Below are positions 37,553 through 50,375 of a stretch of 64,000 nt of DNA, one piece after another. The notes below the pieces were generated by a model. That model saw only the letters and a program-made list of their open reading frames with translations. It was not told the origin of the DNA and made no database searches. The stretch covers positions 128,156,001 through 128,220,000 of the forward strand of contig CM059431.1 in the NCBI GenBank assembly GCA_030390025.1, written 5' to 3'. Origin of the DNA: Squalus acanthias. Taxonomy: Eukaryota. A program made the translations under genes and the position numbers. Position 1 is the first letter of the stretch; every line of letters begins with the position of its first letter.

Positions 37553-39265
37553 GAACATAAGAACATAATAAATAAGAGCAGGAGTACGCCATTTGGTCCT
37601 TCGAGCCTGCTCCGCCATTCAATGAGATCATGGCTGATCTTCTGCCTCAATCCATTCACCGGCCCTATCGCCATATCTCTTGATGCCTTTACTAGTCAGA
37701 AAACTATTGACTTCTGTTTTGAATATACCCAATGACTGAGCCTCCAGAGCCCTCTGGGGTAGAGAATTCCAAAGATTCACCACCTCTGTGTGAAGAAATG
37801 TCTTCTCATCTCAGTCCTGAATGGGCTACCCTTTATCCTGAGGCTGTGGCCCCTGGTTCTAGACTCCACAGCCAAGGGAAACATTCTCCCAGCATCCATC
37901 CTATCAAGCCCTGTAATAATTTTGTATGCTTCAATGAGATCCCCTCTCATTCTTCTGAATTCAAGAGAATACAGGCCTAGTTTACTCAATCTCTTCTCAT
38001 ACGACAGTCCCACCATCCCAGGAATCAATCTCCTGAACCTTCGTTGCACTTCCTCTATGGCAAGTATATCCTTCCTTAGGTAAGGAGACCAAAATTGTAC
38101 ACAGTACTCCAGGTGTGGTCTCACCAAGGCCCTATATAATTGGAGTAAGACTTCTTTACTCCTGTACTCAAATCCTCTTGTAATGAAGGCTATCATACCA
38201 TTTGCCTTCCTAATGGCTTGCTGCACCTGCACATTCACTTTCAGTTACTCATGTACAAGGACACCCAGGTCCCTTTGAGCATCTGCATTCCCCAATCTTT
38301 CATCATTTAGGAAATACTCTGCCTTTCTGTTTTTTCTACCAAAGTGGATAACTTCACATTTATCCACATTATATTCCATCTGCCATGTTCTCGCCCACTC
38401 ACTGAGCCTGTTGAGATCCCCTTGAAGCCTCTTCACATCCTCTTCACAACTGACCCTGCCACCTAGCTTTGTATCATCAGCAAATTTGGAAATGTTACAT
38501 TTAGTCCCCTCATCCAAATCATTGATATAGATTGTGAATAGCTGGAGCCCAAGCACCGATCCTTGCGGTACCCCACTAGTCACAGCGTTCCATCCTTCAA
38601 AAAACCTGTTTATCCCTACTCTTTGTTTTCTGTCAGTTAACCAATTCTCAATCCATGCTAGTATACTACCCCCAATTCCATGTGCCCTAATTTTGTTCAC
38701 CAACCTCTTGTGTGGGACCTTATCGAAGGCCTTCTGAAAATCCAGATACACCAAAATCTACCGGTTCCCCTTTGTCTACTCCACTAGTTACATCCTCAAA
38801 GAACTCCAATAGGTTTGTCAAACAGGAATTCCCTTTCATAAATCCATGTTGACTCTGCCCAATCTTACTATTAGTTTCTAAGTGCCATGTTATTGCATCC
38901 TTTATAATAGATTCCAGCATTTTCCCAACTACTGATATGAGGCTAACAGGTCTGTAGTTCCCCGTTTTCTCTCTCCCTCCTTTCTTAAATAGCGGGATTA
39001 CATTTGCTATCCTCCAATCTGCAGGAACCGTTCCAGAATCTATAGAATTTTGGAAGATGACAACCAATGTGTCCACTATCCCAATGGCCACCTCTTTCAA
39101 AACCCTAGGATGTAGGTCATCTGGTCCTTGGGATTTATCGACTTTTAGTCCCATTAATTTTGCTAGTACTGTTTTTTTACTAATAATAATTTCTTTAAGT
39201 TCCTCATTCTCGCCACACCCTTGGTTTTCTCGTATTTCTGGGAGGATTTTTGTGTCTTCCTCCAT
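37553..39265 (-). mobile_element. CR1 LINE, 5'-truncated
   Basis: RT motifs in ORFs 38720-39265, 38245-38754 and 37777-38238; (aagaacat) tail. Confidence 0.95.
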
Positions 39266-39335
39266 GAATTAGGACTCCAATCAAACTTTTGAGCAGTGAG
39301 AACGAATTTTGCATGCAGCCTAAAGCATTCACCAG

Positions 39336-39972
39336 AAACTCGTTCCCTAGCCATCAATTCCATCAGGGGCCACTGTCTGAGGCTGAACCAGACTGTTCAC
39401 AACCTCGGTGTCGTATTTGAACCTGAGCTGAGCTTTTACCCCAAATTCTCTCCATTACCAAGACCGCCCGCTTCCACCTCTGTAATATCACTCATCTCCA
39501 TTCCTGACTCAGCCCGTCTGCTGCTGAAACCCACATCCATGCCTCCAGACCTCCAGACTTGACTATTCTATTGATTTCCTGGCTGGCCTCCCATCTTCCA
39601 CCCTCCACAAACTTGAGCCCATCCAAAACTCTGCTGCCCATGTACTAACTTGCTCCAAGTTCCGTTCACCCATCACTGACATACATTGGTTCCCAGCCCA
39701 GCAACACCACAAATTTAAAATTCTCATCCTTGTGTTCAAATCCCTCCATGGCCTCGTGCATCACTATCTCTTTAACCTCTTCAAGCCCTACAACCGTACG
39801 AGAACTCTGCGTTCCTCCAGTTCTGGTCTTTTGTGCATCCCCAATTTCCTTCACCCCACCATTGTTGTCCATACCTTCAGCTTTCTAGGCCCTAATTTTT
39901 GGAATTTTCTCCCTAAACCTCTCTGACTTGGTTCTACTCTCTCCTTCTTTAAGATGCTCCTTAAAAACTATA
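39336..39972 (+). mobile_element. L2 LINE 3' fragment
   Basis: NLGVVFEPELSF, SRLDY, IQNSAA and WNFLP motifs; start overlaps the sequence at the end of the L2 at 17820. Confidence 0.85.
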
Positions 39973-40004
39973 AATTCGTTATAGCCAAGGACTGGGCAGT
40001 GTTT

Positions 40005-40575
40005 AGACTAAGGGGCGCTAACGGGGCGCGAATCCCCTAGTGCCTGGGCACGGCGCTGCTAACGCCTCCTGTGAAATTCAGTGGGAGGTTAGTGGCGGCC
40101 GTAGCCCGTAGCACCCCAAGCTGCTGCGCCGCCAGCGATGACGTCATTGCCGTGCGCAGCGCCCCACTTGCGCCGGGGCTTTTAACTTCCCTTGCGCCCC
40201 TAGACCTATCGCCGGACGATTTATTTTGGACGACTGCCAGCACCTGCCTCCTTTCACTTTTTTATGCGGGATGCCGGCTGCGATTGCTCAGCCTGACACT
40301 CCTCTTGAGTGCCGGGCTGTTTTCACGGCACCCTGCTCCCCGGTGGTCCAGCAGGGCCCCGGTGCGCGCAGCACGAGGCCCCTCCTCGTTAATCAGGGGA
40401 GGAGGCTTGCAATAATGCAGCGCTACGTGCCGCCATGTGTGGCGCAGCAGCACGTAGCACGTGAAATTCAGTAGCAGCGCCCCAAGCAGGAGGTGGAGCA
40501 CTTTCCAGTAGCTCTAAAATTAGCGCCCTGACGATGTTAGCACCCCAAAATGGGTGCCACCCAATTTTCCCCCCT
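40005..40575. mobile_element. Harbinger-type MITE related to 3173-4015 (left end eroded)
   Basis: ggggcgctaacgggg start; ttagcaccccaaaatgg..cccaattttccccc end. Confidence 0.7.
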
Positions 40576-40576
40576 A

Positions 40577-41884
40577 AAAATGGTGAATTAGCGCCGGGTG
40601 AAAATCGTCTAGAATGCACGCAAAATTCGTCCTCACCCCTCATTAAAATGATCGGAGCCATGAATCTAGTTTAAAAACCCAAGCTCATTGGCGTTACACT
40701 ATTGGGTGTAGTCTAAACGCAAGTAATGATTGCCACAGGCTTCTTTCACTGCTTAAAGGGGAGGTCCCTGCAGCAGCTCATTCTCAGCATTGTTGGTGTG
40801 CAGCTGCCTCAACAACCATAAGACAAAGGACAAGGAGAAAGAGCACTTATTTACAAATCCTGATGCCAGATCGCCGCCCCAGGGAGAGAGCCGGGGGTTT
40901 TTCCGAGGAAGCTTTGGAGGCATTGGTTTTAGCGGTGGTTTTACCTAGCTACACTCACACCCGCATCTCACACCTTGCCCACAATGACAGCTATTCAACT
41001 ATGGCAGGTACAAGGGTCATTACATATTAGAATTCATGTGATATGTGTGATATATTTACAGGTACATTTATTAATGGTGTTTGGAATATTTTGTGGCCTC
41101 TCTCATTTCACCTTTGCACCATGTGATACGCCATGAGACAGGGATTGTATGATGGGGATGTGGTGAGCTATGGGGATCTGCCGTTTCATTCATGTGAATC
41201 GGAGTCTAATGAGCCGGTCGCAGACAGCCCGTCCAGAAGGTCGATTAGCTCGCTGCCTCCGCCCTCCCTCCAGTTCCTCCTCCTCTTCATCCTCCTCCTC
41301 CTCCTCCTCATCCTCTTCCTCCTCATCCTCCTCTGCCTCGTCGTCCTCCTGAGGTAATGCCGCAATCCTACATCCCCAGTGACTGTGAGGAAGTGTTGTG
41401 AGCAGAAGCCTTTAACAAATAATGAGTGACTTCTGCACTTGAATGAACAGTCCCTGTCACCAAAAAATCTTGAAATAACTAAAGAGAGCTGTTTATTTTG
41501 CAGGAAGTAGCAAACAGGCACTGAAACTGCAAAACCCTGTCAGGTACAGCTGATTGGGGATGGTGCCTTTAAATATCAGCTGCTGCACCTGCTTCTGCTG
41601 GTAGACACCAACTCTCCCTATCATTGTTCTGCGCTGCCGTTAAGGTAAGTGGCTAAATCCAAAGTCGGAGGTCGGGCATCCAGTGAGCGTTGCACAATCA
41701 CTGACGTCACGATCTCCATGATGTTGAGCTCCCTGGTACTAGGGTTTACCGGCAGCGATACCGGCACTACCGATATAGCGTGCAGCGCTGGAACCGGCAT
41801 CAGCTGCCGTTACAGCTGTCAATGGCATTTCAGCGCCATCTCCTGGCGCTAAAGTGTGCCGCAAGCCACACAGATTTTCCCCCT
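40577..41884. mobile_element. Heavily deleted Harbinger derivative keeping only the 5' parts of both genes
   Basis: Myb start MPDRRPRERAGGFSEEALEALVLAV (+, 40863); Arg/Glu-rich nuclease N-terminus (-, about 41375-41110); gattttccccc end. Confidence 0.75.
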
Positions 41885-41944
41885 CTGTCTTTAATAAAGC
41901 TTTTGGTCACCTGACATGATATCTGCTTTTGTGACTCGGTGTCA

Positions 41945-42030
41945 AATTTTGTCTGATTCCATTCCTGTGAAGCTCCTTGGGACATTTTACTGCATTAAAG
42001 GTGCTATATAAATGCAAGTAGTTGTTGTTC
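41945..42030 (+). mobile_element. L2/SINE-type 3' tail fragment
   Basis: tgtgaagc..cttgggac..aaaggtgctatataaatgcaagt..gttgttg resembles the SINE tail at 57004-57075. Confidence 0.6.
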
Positions 42031-42187
42031 CTTTTCAGAAGGTGAAGAGTGTATTGGTGCCCAAGGAGAAAAGCAAAATTGTCTGCTGTTACCTTGCCCA
42101 CCCTAGTGAGGTCATTGAACCTCTTGTGGCAGTGGGCTGTAGTCCTGGCTGACAGAGTTGCCAGCTACCACTCGTGGTGGCACACAT

Positions 42188-42951
42188 GGGGCCAGAAATT
42201 AGTCACTTGCCGGGTGAGTACGCACTGTGCACTCACCCATAAGGCCACCTGAAGTGCCGGTTTCCTGCATGCACTGCGCATGCGTGGGAAACCGGAACTT
42301 CCGGTCTTGTGAAGGGAGGGGTTCAGAGGTGAACCGCGTGCGCGGGAGAGGCTGCGTGCACACAGCGAACTTCGTTTTTTTTCAGGTTTCTCCGGGAAGG
42401 TAAGTATGGAAGAAGCTGCGCTTTTAAAAAGGAGGCGCAAGACCCGTTTTTAACAAGGTAAGTGGTTAATTAATTACAATTTAAAAACTTTTTCAACAGG
42501 TTTATCTTTTTTAGATAATTTAAAGTAAGGTAAGTTTATTTTTAGCACTGTTAAAAAGTATTTTAATTTTTTCAAAAATTTTTATTTTTGTTTAAAGCAG
42601 TTAATTTATTTAACTTATAGTTATTTTAAAAATGTGATTTTTTAAAAAATTTATTTGAAGTTTAGGTGTTGTTTTGGGGCCGATTTCAATTCATAGATTT
42701 GACAGGTCTTCCTGTCAAATCTATGAATGAAAGATGGTCTGCTGCCATTGGCTCTCCATGGCCCACGTGATCCCAGGGGCTGCATCGCACTAACTACGCC
42801 CCTGGGATACACAAGCACTGCGCGCCGGCAGCTGCAGGAGGCCCAGGAGCTGAAGTCCCCGTGGGCCCAGAGGTCAACGGCAGGCGCGGTAGGTAGATGC
42901 GCGTGCGATCCTTGCACCCGCGGGAAGCCAGGGAGCCTAATTTCTGGCCCC
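42188..42951. mobile_element. Harbinger-type MITE
   Basis: Perfect 15-bp TIR ggggccagaaattag / ctaatttctggcccc; GC-rich arms and AT-rich core. Confidence 0.9.
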
Positions 42952-43097
42952 ATATGATATTTTTGGCATGTATGCTGCCACTGACACCCAGCAGTCTGCA
43001 TCTCTTTTTGTCTGTTTGCTCAAACAGGATCTGTAGATCCGAGTGAATGAAATTATGCATCTTCTTCTGCAACTGGGTGCCATGTGCTGCTGCCTTA

Positions 43098-43576
43098 CTT
43101 AGTTATTCCTGGGATGACAGGGCTGTCATATGATGAGAAATTGTGTAGTATGGGCCTATACTTTCTGTAGTTTAGAAGAATGAGAGGTGATCTCATTGAA
43201 ACATATAAGATTCTGAAGGGGATTGACAGGGTAGATGCTGAGAAGTTGTTTCCCCTGGCTGGAGTGTCGAGAACTAGGGGGCATAGTCTCAGGATAAGAT
43301 GTCGGCCATTTAAGACTGAGAAGAGGAGGGATTTCTTCAGTCAGAGGGTTGTGAATCTTTGGAATTCTCTGCCCCAGAGGGCTGTGGATGCTGAGTCTTT
43401 GAGTATAATCAAGGCTGAGATAGATAGATTTTTGGACTCTAGGGGAATCAAGGGATCTGGAGATCGAGCGGGAAAGTGGAGTTGAGGTCGATGATCAGCC
43501 ATGATCTTATTGAATGGTGGAGCAGGCTCAAGGGGCCGTGTGGCCTACTCCTGCTCCTATCTCTTATGTTCTTATT
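43098..43576 (+). mobile_element. CR1 3' fragment
   Basis: MRGDLIETYKIL..WNSLPQ plus 3'UTR and tail. Confidence 0.93.
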
Positions 43577-44516
43577 ATTAATAATAAAAAGGGAATATCT
43601 TTAAATGTAATCGTGTTAGAAATCAAACTTTCTTCATAGAAAAATAAAGAAAATATCAGAATACTTCACCATTAAACTAGGAAGACCATGGTGAATATTG
43701 TTTGATTCCTAATTCTACATATATATATATACTGCAAATCATTGCACTCTATTAATTAATTTTACATTTTGCAACTTGTTGCTGATAATGTAATAATTGA
43801 GCTGTTAATTTTGTTGCTTAAACTGCAACAGCTTTAAAAGGAAAATCTCTATAAACCTATTCCATTCACATATTCCCCAAAACCATTTTTCCCCCATGAC
43901 TTCCTGCTCGGGTTTTAAAAGTATTCTTGAGAATCATACACATTGAATCAAATAATTAAAGCTGGTTTTCTCATTGCAATTTAAAAAATGGGGCAGGGGG
44001 AAGGACATATTCTTGTGCTGCTATTTTATTCCTCAAGAGAAACATCTCAGAATATATATGTTGCATTATAATAATCCATTTAAAACCAAAGGCACTTAAA
44101 TATCAAGACAAATTATGTTTCCTGTGAGTAATAGGACATTTTTATAATGCATGCCCAACCTAATCATTGTATTCTGCTCAAAATTAGTTCCTCTGTATTA
44201 TAATGTTAATTTACAATATAATATTACTTTAGGCAGATTCATTTCAATGACTGCTGGCCAGTATCCTTCATGTGGGGAATATAGCGAGACAATGCAGAGC
44301 CTTTTTGGCAACATTTTCCAGATACATTTTTGCATTGTTTACACAGTTTGACTGCTTCAAAGCAGATTCATTGTGATTTTGCTTGTCGACTGTTTCAGAA
44401 TCTTTTTTATCAGCTAATGAATGCCTTATCCAGAATACCCGAAGTGGGGGGAAGAGCCTCGTTATTTTCAAGAAATAAAACTTGCGAATTTAAGTCACTC
44501 CAATCCTTCACATTAG

Positions 44517-45246
44517 GGCCTTGAATTTTTTGCGAGGGCGCATCCTGAAGGTTAGGCCCGAAAATGCGCCCATCCCCGCGCCCATTCTCCTGATCTCGAG
44601 ATATGCCGGAATTCTCTGCAAATCTAACTATAATATGTCCGATTGTGAAAATGGGCCTAAATGGGCATAAGTAAACAATCTGGGCCAAAAGAAAGCACCA
44701 AACCCAAACCATATATTTCTTCTTTAAGAATTAGTATTAAAGATTCAACTCATTCAACCATCATTCATGTACATTAGGCACAGCATGTTTAAGAATTTGC
44801 AATTGGGGAAGCTTTTCAATTTTTAATGTGACATACTGATGCCATAAAAATGCATTAAAAGAAGCAGAAAATACAGAGCAGATCTCAGTGAGGATACATT
44901 TGGAAAAAAATGCTCAAAAATTGCAATGAAACACCAGAAAAATTACTTTGTTTCCTGCTGCGCCTGAAAATCTAGTTATAATTTGAAGAGAGCCTCTGAG
45001 CAAGTGCAATTGCAAAAAAAACTCGTATGTGAGGCTCTGTGACTTAGGGGCCGGGCCAGTTTTATGGGCGGAGAATATTCGGGTGCAGGGAATGAAAGAC
45101 AGCCATAAAAGATGGAGAACATTTTGGCTGATTGTACTTATGCACATAACTCACGCCCATAATTCTGCAATCTCTTAAGCCACATAATTGGTTTTCACCC
45201 AGATTACACATGACTCTGGGCGCAAATACGAAGGAAATTCAAGGCC
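44517..45246. mobile_element. Harbinger-type MITE
   Basis: 12-bp TIR ggccttgaattt / aaattcaaggcc; no clear TSD. Confidence 0.6.
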
Positions 45247-45403
45247 GATATACAAAATAAATCTATCCAGAAATCTAAAAATCCAGAAAGAAAGCTCTCT
45301 GACCAATTCTGCTTTCCAAGTCTGTTTTTGAATGAAAGATGTATATTTGTTAAGATAGAGTGCAATGGTTTTAGATTCTAAATTAGGCATCATAACAGAT
45401 GAG

Positions 45404-46047
45404 AGCCCCGATTTTAATTCATGTCTGAGTGTGACGTGCAGGGACTGGGGCGAATGGCAAGCTTGCATCCTGGCGACAGGTGAGGCCTGGAGAGATTTTA
45501 ACTTGCGAGCCTCATTTCAATGTTGGAGGTGAGTCTCCTGTCCAAAACCCGACGAGAAGCACTACCTGGCCAGCAGGAGGGAGCAGGATCTCAGGCAAAA
45601 GGTGGTCGACGCCAGGGACCGGTGGGAACGGTCCCCGGCATTTAGGTAAATGGTGGGGTTTTTTGGTAGTGTATCGCGGTTGGGGAGCGGTGGATGCCCT
45701 TGGGTAGGAGAGGCCCAAGGTTTCCTTGTGTGGCCCAGGAAAGGATTCCTGTTCCTCTTGGCTCAGGAATACCTTCCTTGGCCTCCTCTGGCTTCGATCC
45801 AGTTTGCCGCCAGGTTTACCCGGCAGCTCTGGCGCTGGTCAAGATTCGGGTGACATAAGGCCCTGACTTATACATATTATGAGCTGTTCAGCTGCCTGCG
45901 GCAAGTGCCCCTGACACCTCCCGAAACCTGTGAGTTAATGTGGTGGTGACCAAGTGCTTGGTGCAAACCGATGTAATTACTCTGTCTCTATATTAGCCCC
46001 CCCACATGCAGCATTCTAGCTGAGCCTGGCCGATTAAAAGTGGGGCT
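45404..46047. mobile_element. Harbinger-type MITE
   Basis: TIR agccccgattttaat / attaaaagtggggct; TSD GAG. Confidence 0.75.
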
Positions 46048-46751
46048 GAGAAATATGAAACATGTGTTTTTTTTAACCTGAGCTCAGAGGACATGTTGTA
46101 AAATAAGGTGCTAGAATAATGTATTCTCTCTGTAAAATGATCATCCTTGTTGGAGCGGACAATTTTCAGGAAGTTAAAGCAGAAGAAAAAGCTTACAAAT
46201 CTTTTTGGTCACAGCACAAAGATGTCTGAGAGCTGTCATCTACTTCTGAATATCACAACACTACTATCACTATTGCCATGGCAATGGGATTGTTGAGAAG
46301 CTAAGAAGCCAATCTTTGGAGAGAAGCCACCTGGAAACAAATAATTGGCTGAGCGAATGAAGAGGCAGCTTCTGTTTTCAGGCAATGCATAATGGAGGAA
46401 ACTCAAATGCAATTGACAGCACTAATCTCAAACTAAGGCGTTCCATTCCTACTGCAGCCAGGTGACATTTAAACCTTTTGGCTATGGGATGTGGAGAAAA
46501 TACATAACTCCCTGGCTACTGTCTTATGTTGAACTAGATAGTGTGTAACCCTGAGCTGAGTTTCCAAACCCATATCCTCACATCACAATATTGAATCTGA
46601 TTACACCACCCTCTCAGGTAGTGCATTCCAGATCATAACAACTCATTGTTGTTGTTGTTATATCTCTGTTCCAAAGAGGGCCACTGTGATTCGAATGACC
46701 ATCATCAAACTCCATGGTCAAGAGTATGTTCACAGTGACAGACCTGAGGGT

Positions 46752-47795
46752 TTTCTTTCAATTCATTCATGAGATGTGGGCGTCATGGCAAGGCCAACAT
46801 TTATTGCCCATCCCTAATTGCCCTTGAGAAGGTGGTGGTGAGCCGCCTTCTTGAACCGCTGTAGTCCGTGAGGTGAAGGTACTCCCATAGTGCTGTTAGG
46901 AGGGAGTTCCGAGATTTTGACCCAGTGACGATGAAGGAGCAGAGATATATATCCAAGTCAGGATGGTTTGTGACTTGGAGGGGAACTTGCAGGTGATGGT
47001 GTTCCCATGCGCCTGCTGCCCTTGTCCTTCTATGTGGTAGAGGTCGCGGGTTTGGGAGGTGCTGTCAAAGAAGCCTTGGTGAGTTGTTGCAGTGCATCTT
47101 GTAGATGGTACACACTGCAGCCATGGTGCACCAGTGGTGGAGGGAGTGAATGTTTAAGGTGGTGGATGGGGTGCCAATCAAGCGGGCTGCTTTGTCCTGG
47201 ATGGTCTCGATCTTCTTGAGTGTTGTTGGAGCTGCACTCATCCAGGCAAGTGGAGAATATTCTATCACACTCCTGACTTGTACCTTGTAGATGGTGGAAA
47301 GGCTTTGGGGAGCCAGGAGGTGCAGAAACCGAACACTGTGGAGTCATCAGCAAACATCTCGATTCTGACCTTATAATGGAGGGAAGGTCTTTGATGAAGC
47401 AGCTGAAGATGGTTGGCCCTAGGATACTGCCCTGAGGAACTCCTACAGCGATGTCCTGGGGCTGAGATGATTGACCTTCAACAACTACAACCATCTTCCT
47501 TTGTGCTAGGTATGCATTCAGCCAGTGGAGAGTCTTTCCCCTGATTCCCATTGACTTCAATTTTACTAGGGGCTCCTTGATGCCACACTCGATCAAATGC
47601 TGCCTTGATGTCAAGGGCAGTCACTCTCACTTCACTTCTGGAATTCAGCTCTTTTGTCCATGTTTGGACCAAGACTGTAATGAGGTCTGGAGCTGGGTGG
47701 TCCTGGCGGAACCCAAACTGAGCATCAGTGGGCAGGTTATTGGTGAGTAAGTTCCACTTAATTGCACTGTCGATGACACCTTCCGTTACTTTGTT
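46752..47795 (-). mobile_element. CR1/Jockey-group LINE 3' part with an internal deletion
   Basis: ALDIKAAFDRVWH, GVPQGSILGPT, FADD, EYSPLAW and an atgaatgaa tail; same family as 24117-25025. Confidence 0.88.
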
Positions 47796-47874
47796 AAGAT
47801 GATATTAACTGTAACAGTTCATTATCATCACCTGAACCGCTCAATGAATTACTGCCTTGGAACACACACACATA

Positions 47875-48534
47875 GGCCCTGAATTTCCGATCGGAGGCTT
47901 CCTGCGGGCGGATGCCTCCGATCAGAAAAAAATTCTACGAAACTACCTGCTGGTTCCGTAGATACCAAGGCTTCCGATCCTCGGCCTCTCCTCTTGGAAA
48001 TGCGCAGAGGCCCACGTATCCCAGGGGCGCATGCACGTACACACGGAACTGTCAAAAGTGTGAATGGGGATGACTGCAAAAATGCACTAACATACTGAAA
48101 TAAATAAAGAAAAATCATTTCATATATAAAATTAACTAAAATGGCATTTAATTAAATATGTTAAACAAAAATTACATTTTTTGAAATTTTTTATACATGT
48201 TTTAACGGGGCTTAATATAACCTTACCTTATTGAACAGGGTTTTTAATTTATAAGTAAGTATTTTTTAAACTCTTATGCTGGTAATAGCAGCCCTTACTC
48301 CTGCTTTTACCAGGCGTAAGAATTCTATGGCCTTTCAGCGGGCGGAAGTTGAGTAAATAGCGCAAATCTCCACCCGCAGAGGCACTTTTCTTGGGCATGC
48401 GTTGGATCTGTCAAGAGAATTCTTGACAGATCGCATGTTCCGGGTTTCAGCGCATGCACTTCGCATGCCTAAACTCGTAACTTGCACGGCCCCACGGGCG
48501 CGTACATACCCGTGGGGGTTGGAAATTCAGGGCC
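47875..48534. mobile_element. Harbinger-type MITE
   Basis: Perfect 14-bp TIR ggccctgaatttcc / ggaaattcagggcc; TSD ATA. Confidence 0.9.
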
Positions 48535-50375
48535 ATAGAGATATATATATATGACATTTTTTACCAGTTTAATTTATTGTTATAAATTAATATTTTCTGA
48601 GGTATATCAGAAAATACATATAAGTTGAGCAGCAAATATAACAATATGCCAACAGTCAATTGGTCAGGTGCTATTTATCAGGTCTATTTACCACTTAGTA
48701 AAGAAGAACATTTTAATAAGCTAAACCAGTACTCAAAGATAGGTAAAATGAGAACCAAATGCTTTCAAATGTTGGCATCTTTAATAAAAAACTGAGAAGT
48801 CCTCCAAAATTTAGCAAGATTATTTTTACATCTTTCATCCTACTAGCCTCTGAACACTTCAATTTTGTATTCAATCCTTTCTGTTGATCTGTTGAGAAGT
48901 TGAATTTTCAATATGAGACTCAGCGCTGGCAGCCTTGCTGTACAGTCCATGTTTATTGAGTTGCATTCAATCAGCTTTAAGATGTAAGAGGCTCGATACT
49001 TTTAGTGATGCTGCTCAGTTGTTTCAGGTATGGGCGATTGGTGCAGTATCTGGAGTAGAAGAGATTAATTGAAGATGTATTTTATTGGTTGTGAGAAGAC
49101 CAGGAGGCTGTGGGGACATCTGTTTTGCTGGTGAGCACATTCTGACACATTAGATGAGTACCTATTATCATTTTTAGTGTCAATTCTGAGGAATTTATAA
49201 GAAATATGATGAAAGAGAGGAAGTGCTCTGAACTTGTGAAGCAATCCAAGTCAGTGAGGTTACATCACTCTTGAGAACTCAGTTTTCAATTTAGTTGATT
49301 ATTGAATTGAGTAACAACCTCATCAATCCTCCCCCCTCCATATACAGAGATGCACACAAATGAAAATACTTTGTATGAAAAAACAGGCTAGGTGCTGCAT
49401 TGCAGCCCTTATTGTCTCCCTCTCATTGATTTTCTTTGTATTGGTTCAAAGCATAAAATTGTTTGTGGTTGTATGAGTTTTGCTTGCATGTTGAACTTTG
49501 ATGACTTTCACACAGAAATGTAATAAAGTATTTTTACAAGTTCTCCTATCACTACAATTTGAACTCTGGTGTAATGCTTAGCAATTTTGTATTACTTGGG
49601 ATCTCTCATGTCTTTTCTTCAGTCACAATTATCTGCCTAAAATCACAGGGCTGAAAATCTATATCAATGAAAGGATATACCCCCCTGGGACATCCACTGC
49701 GGCGCCCCCAAAGTTGGCGGGGCCAGAGATAAGTCCATCATTAAAATAGCAACAGCAGGTGTCTACACTACAACAGGCACATCTAGGACCCTGCCTGTTG
49801 AAGAGGACAGAAAATCGGGCACAATAGTGGTCACCTGAAGGCCAGGGGTGTTCGGTCCCCCCAGGAAGAAACATTTGGTGCTTTGTAAGGGAGCCACGTG
49901 AAATATTTTTGTTTATAACGGCAGACCTTTTCTTCGATGGTCCAGGCCTTGATCCCAGCCTGAACCTCCAGGTGGACTGGAAGTTGGCATACCTCTTCTG
50001 GCACTAAGCTCAATCCCTCTGAGAGCCGGGAGCATGGGAACTCCCAAGCTAGGAAGTCTTTGCACCTAGTCCTGCCCCCTCTTACACTGACATCCATGTT
50101 TGGGGAGGGCATAGGCTCTGTCCAGTAAGCCCTACCATTTACTACAACTTCAGGCCTGGCCTAATTTTTGACCCTTCGAATGCACTCGCACCAAAGTTAC
50201 TGTAGGAGTGCGCCATAGACTTTAGGCTTCCACATCTCTTGATGTTATTTTGTACACTTCTCATATTTGATGCAAATAAATAAAAAAAAAACAGAAATAA
50301 GAAATCTTTATTTAAACAGTGTTTGTGTTAAACCTTAAGCAATTCTGTCTTGTTTTAATTTAAGTGTAATACATA

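Larger units (their letters stand above)
35830..39335. mobile_element. Rearranged Harbinger element with Myb gene (-), interrupted by a CR1 at about 37553-39265
   Basis: 35830-36150 resembles the nuclease-upstream region at 10520-10830. 37440-37552 and 39266-39333 join to match the reverse complement of 40597-40765. Confidence 0.75.

Noticed and set aside
41133..41521. Poly-Ser, poly-Leu or poly-Arg proteins
   Set aside because: Alternative readings of a (TCC)n tract in a transposase N-terminal remnant.
49648..50160. Additional MITE
   Set aside because: Only weak terminal similarity (gggctgaaaat / acttcaggcc), no TSD and no second copy in the window.
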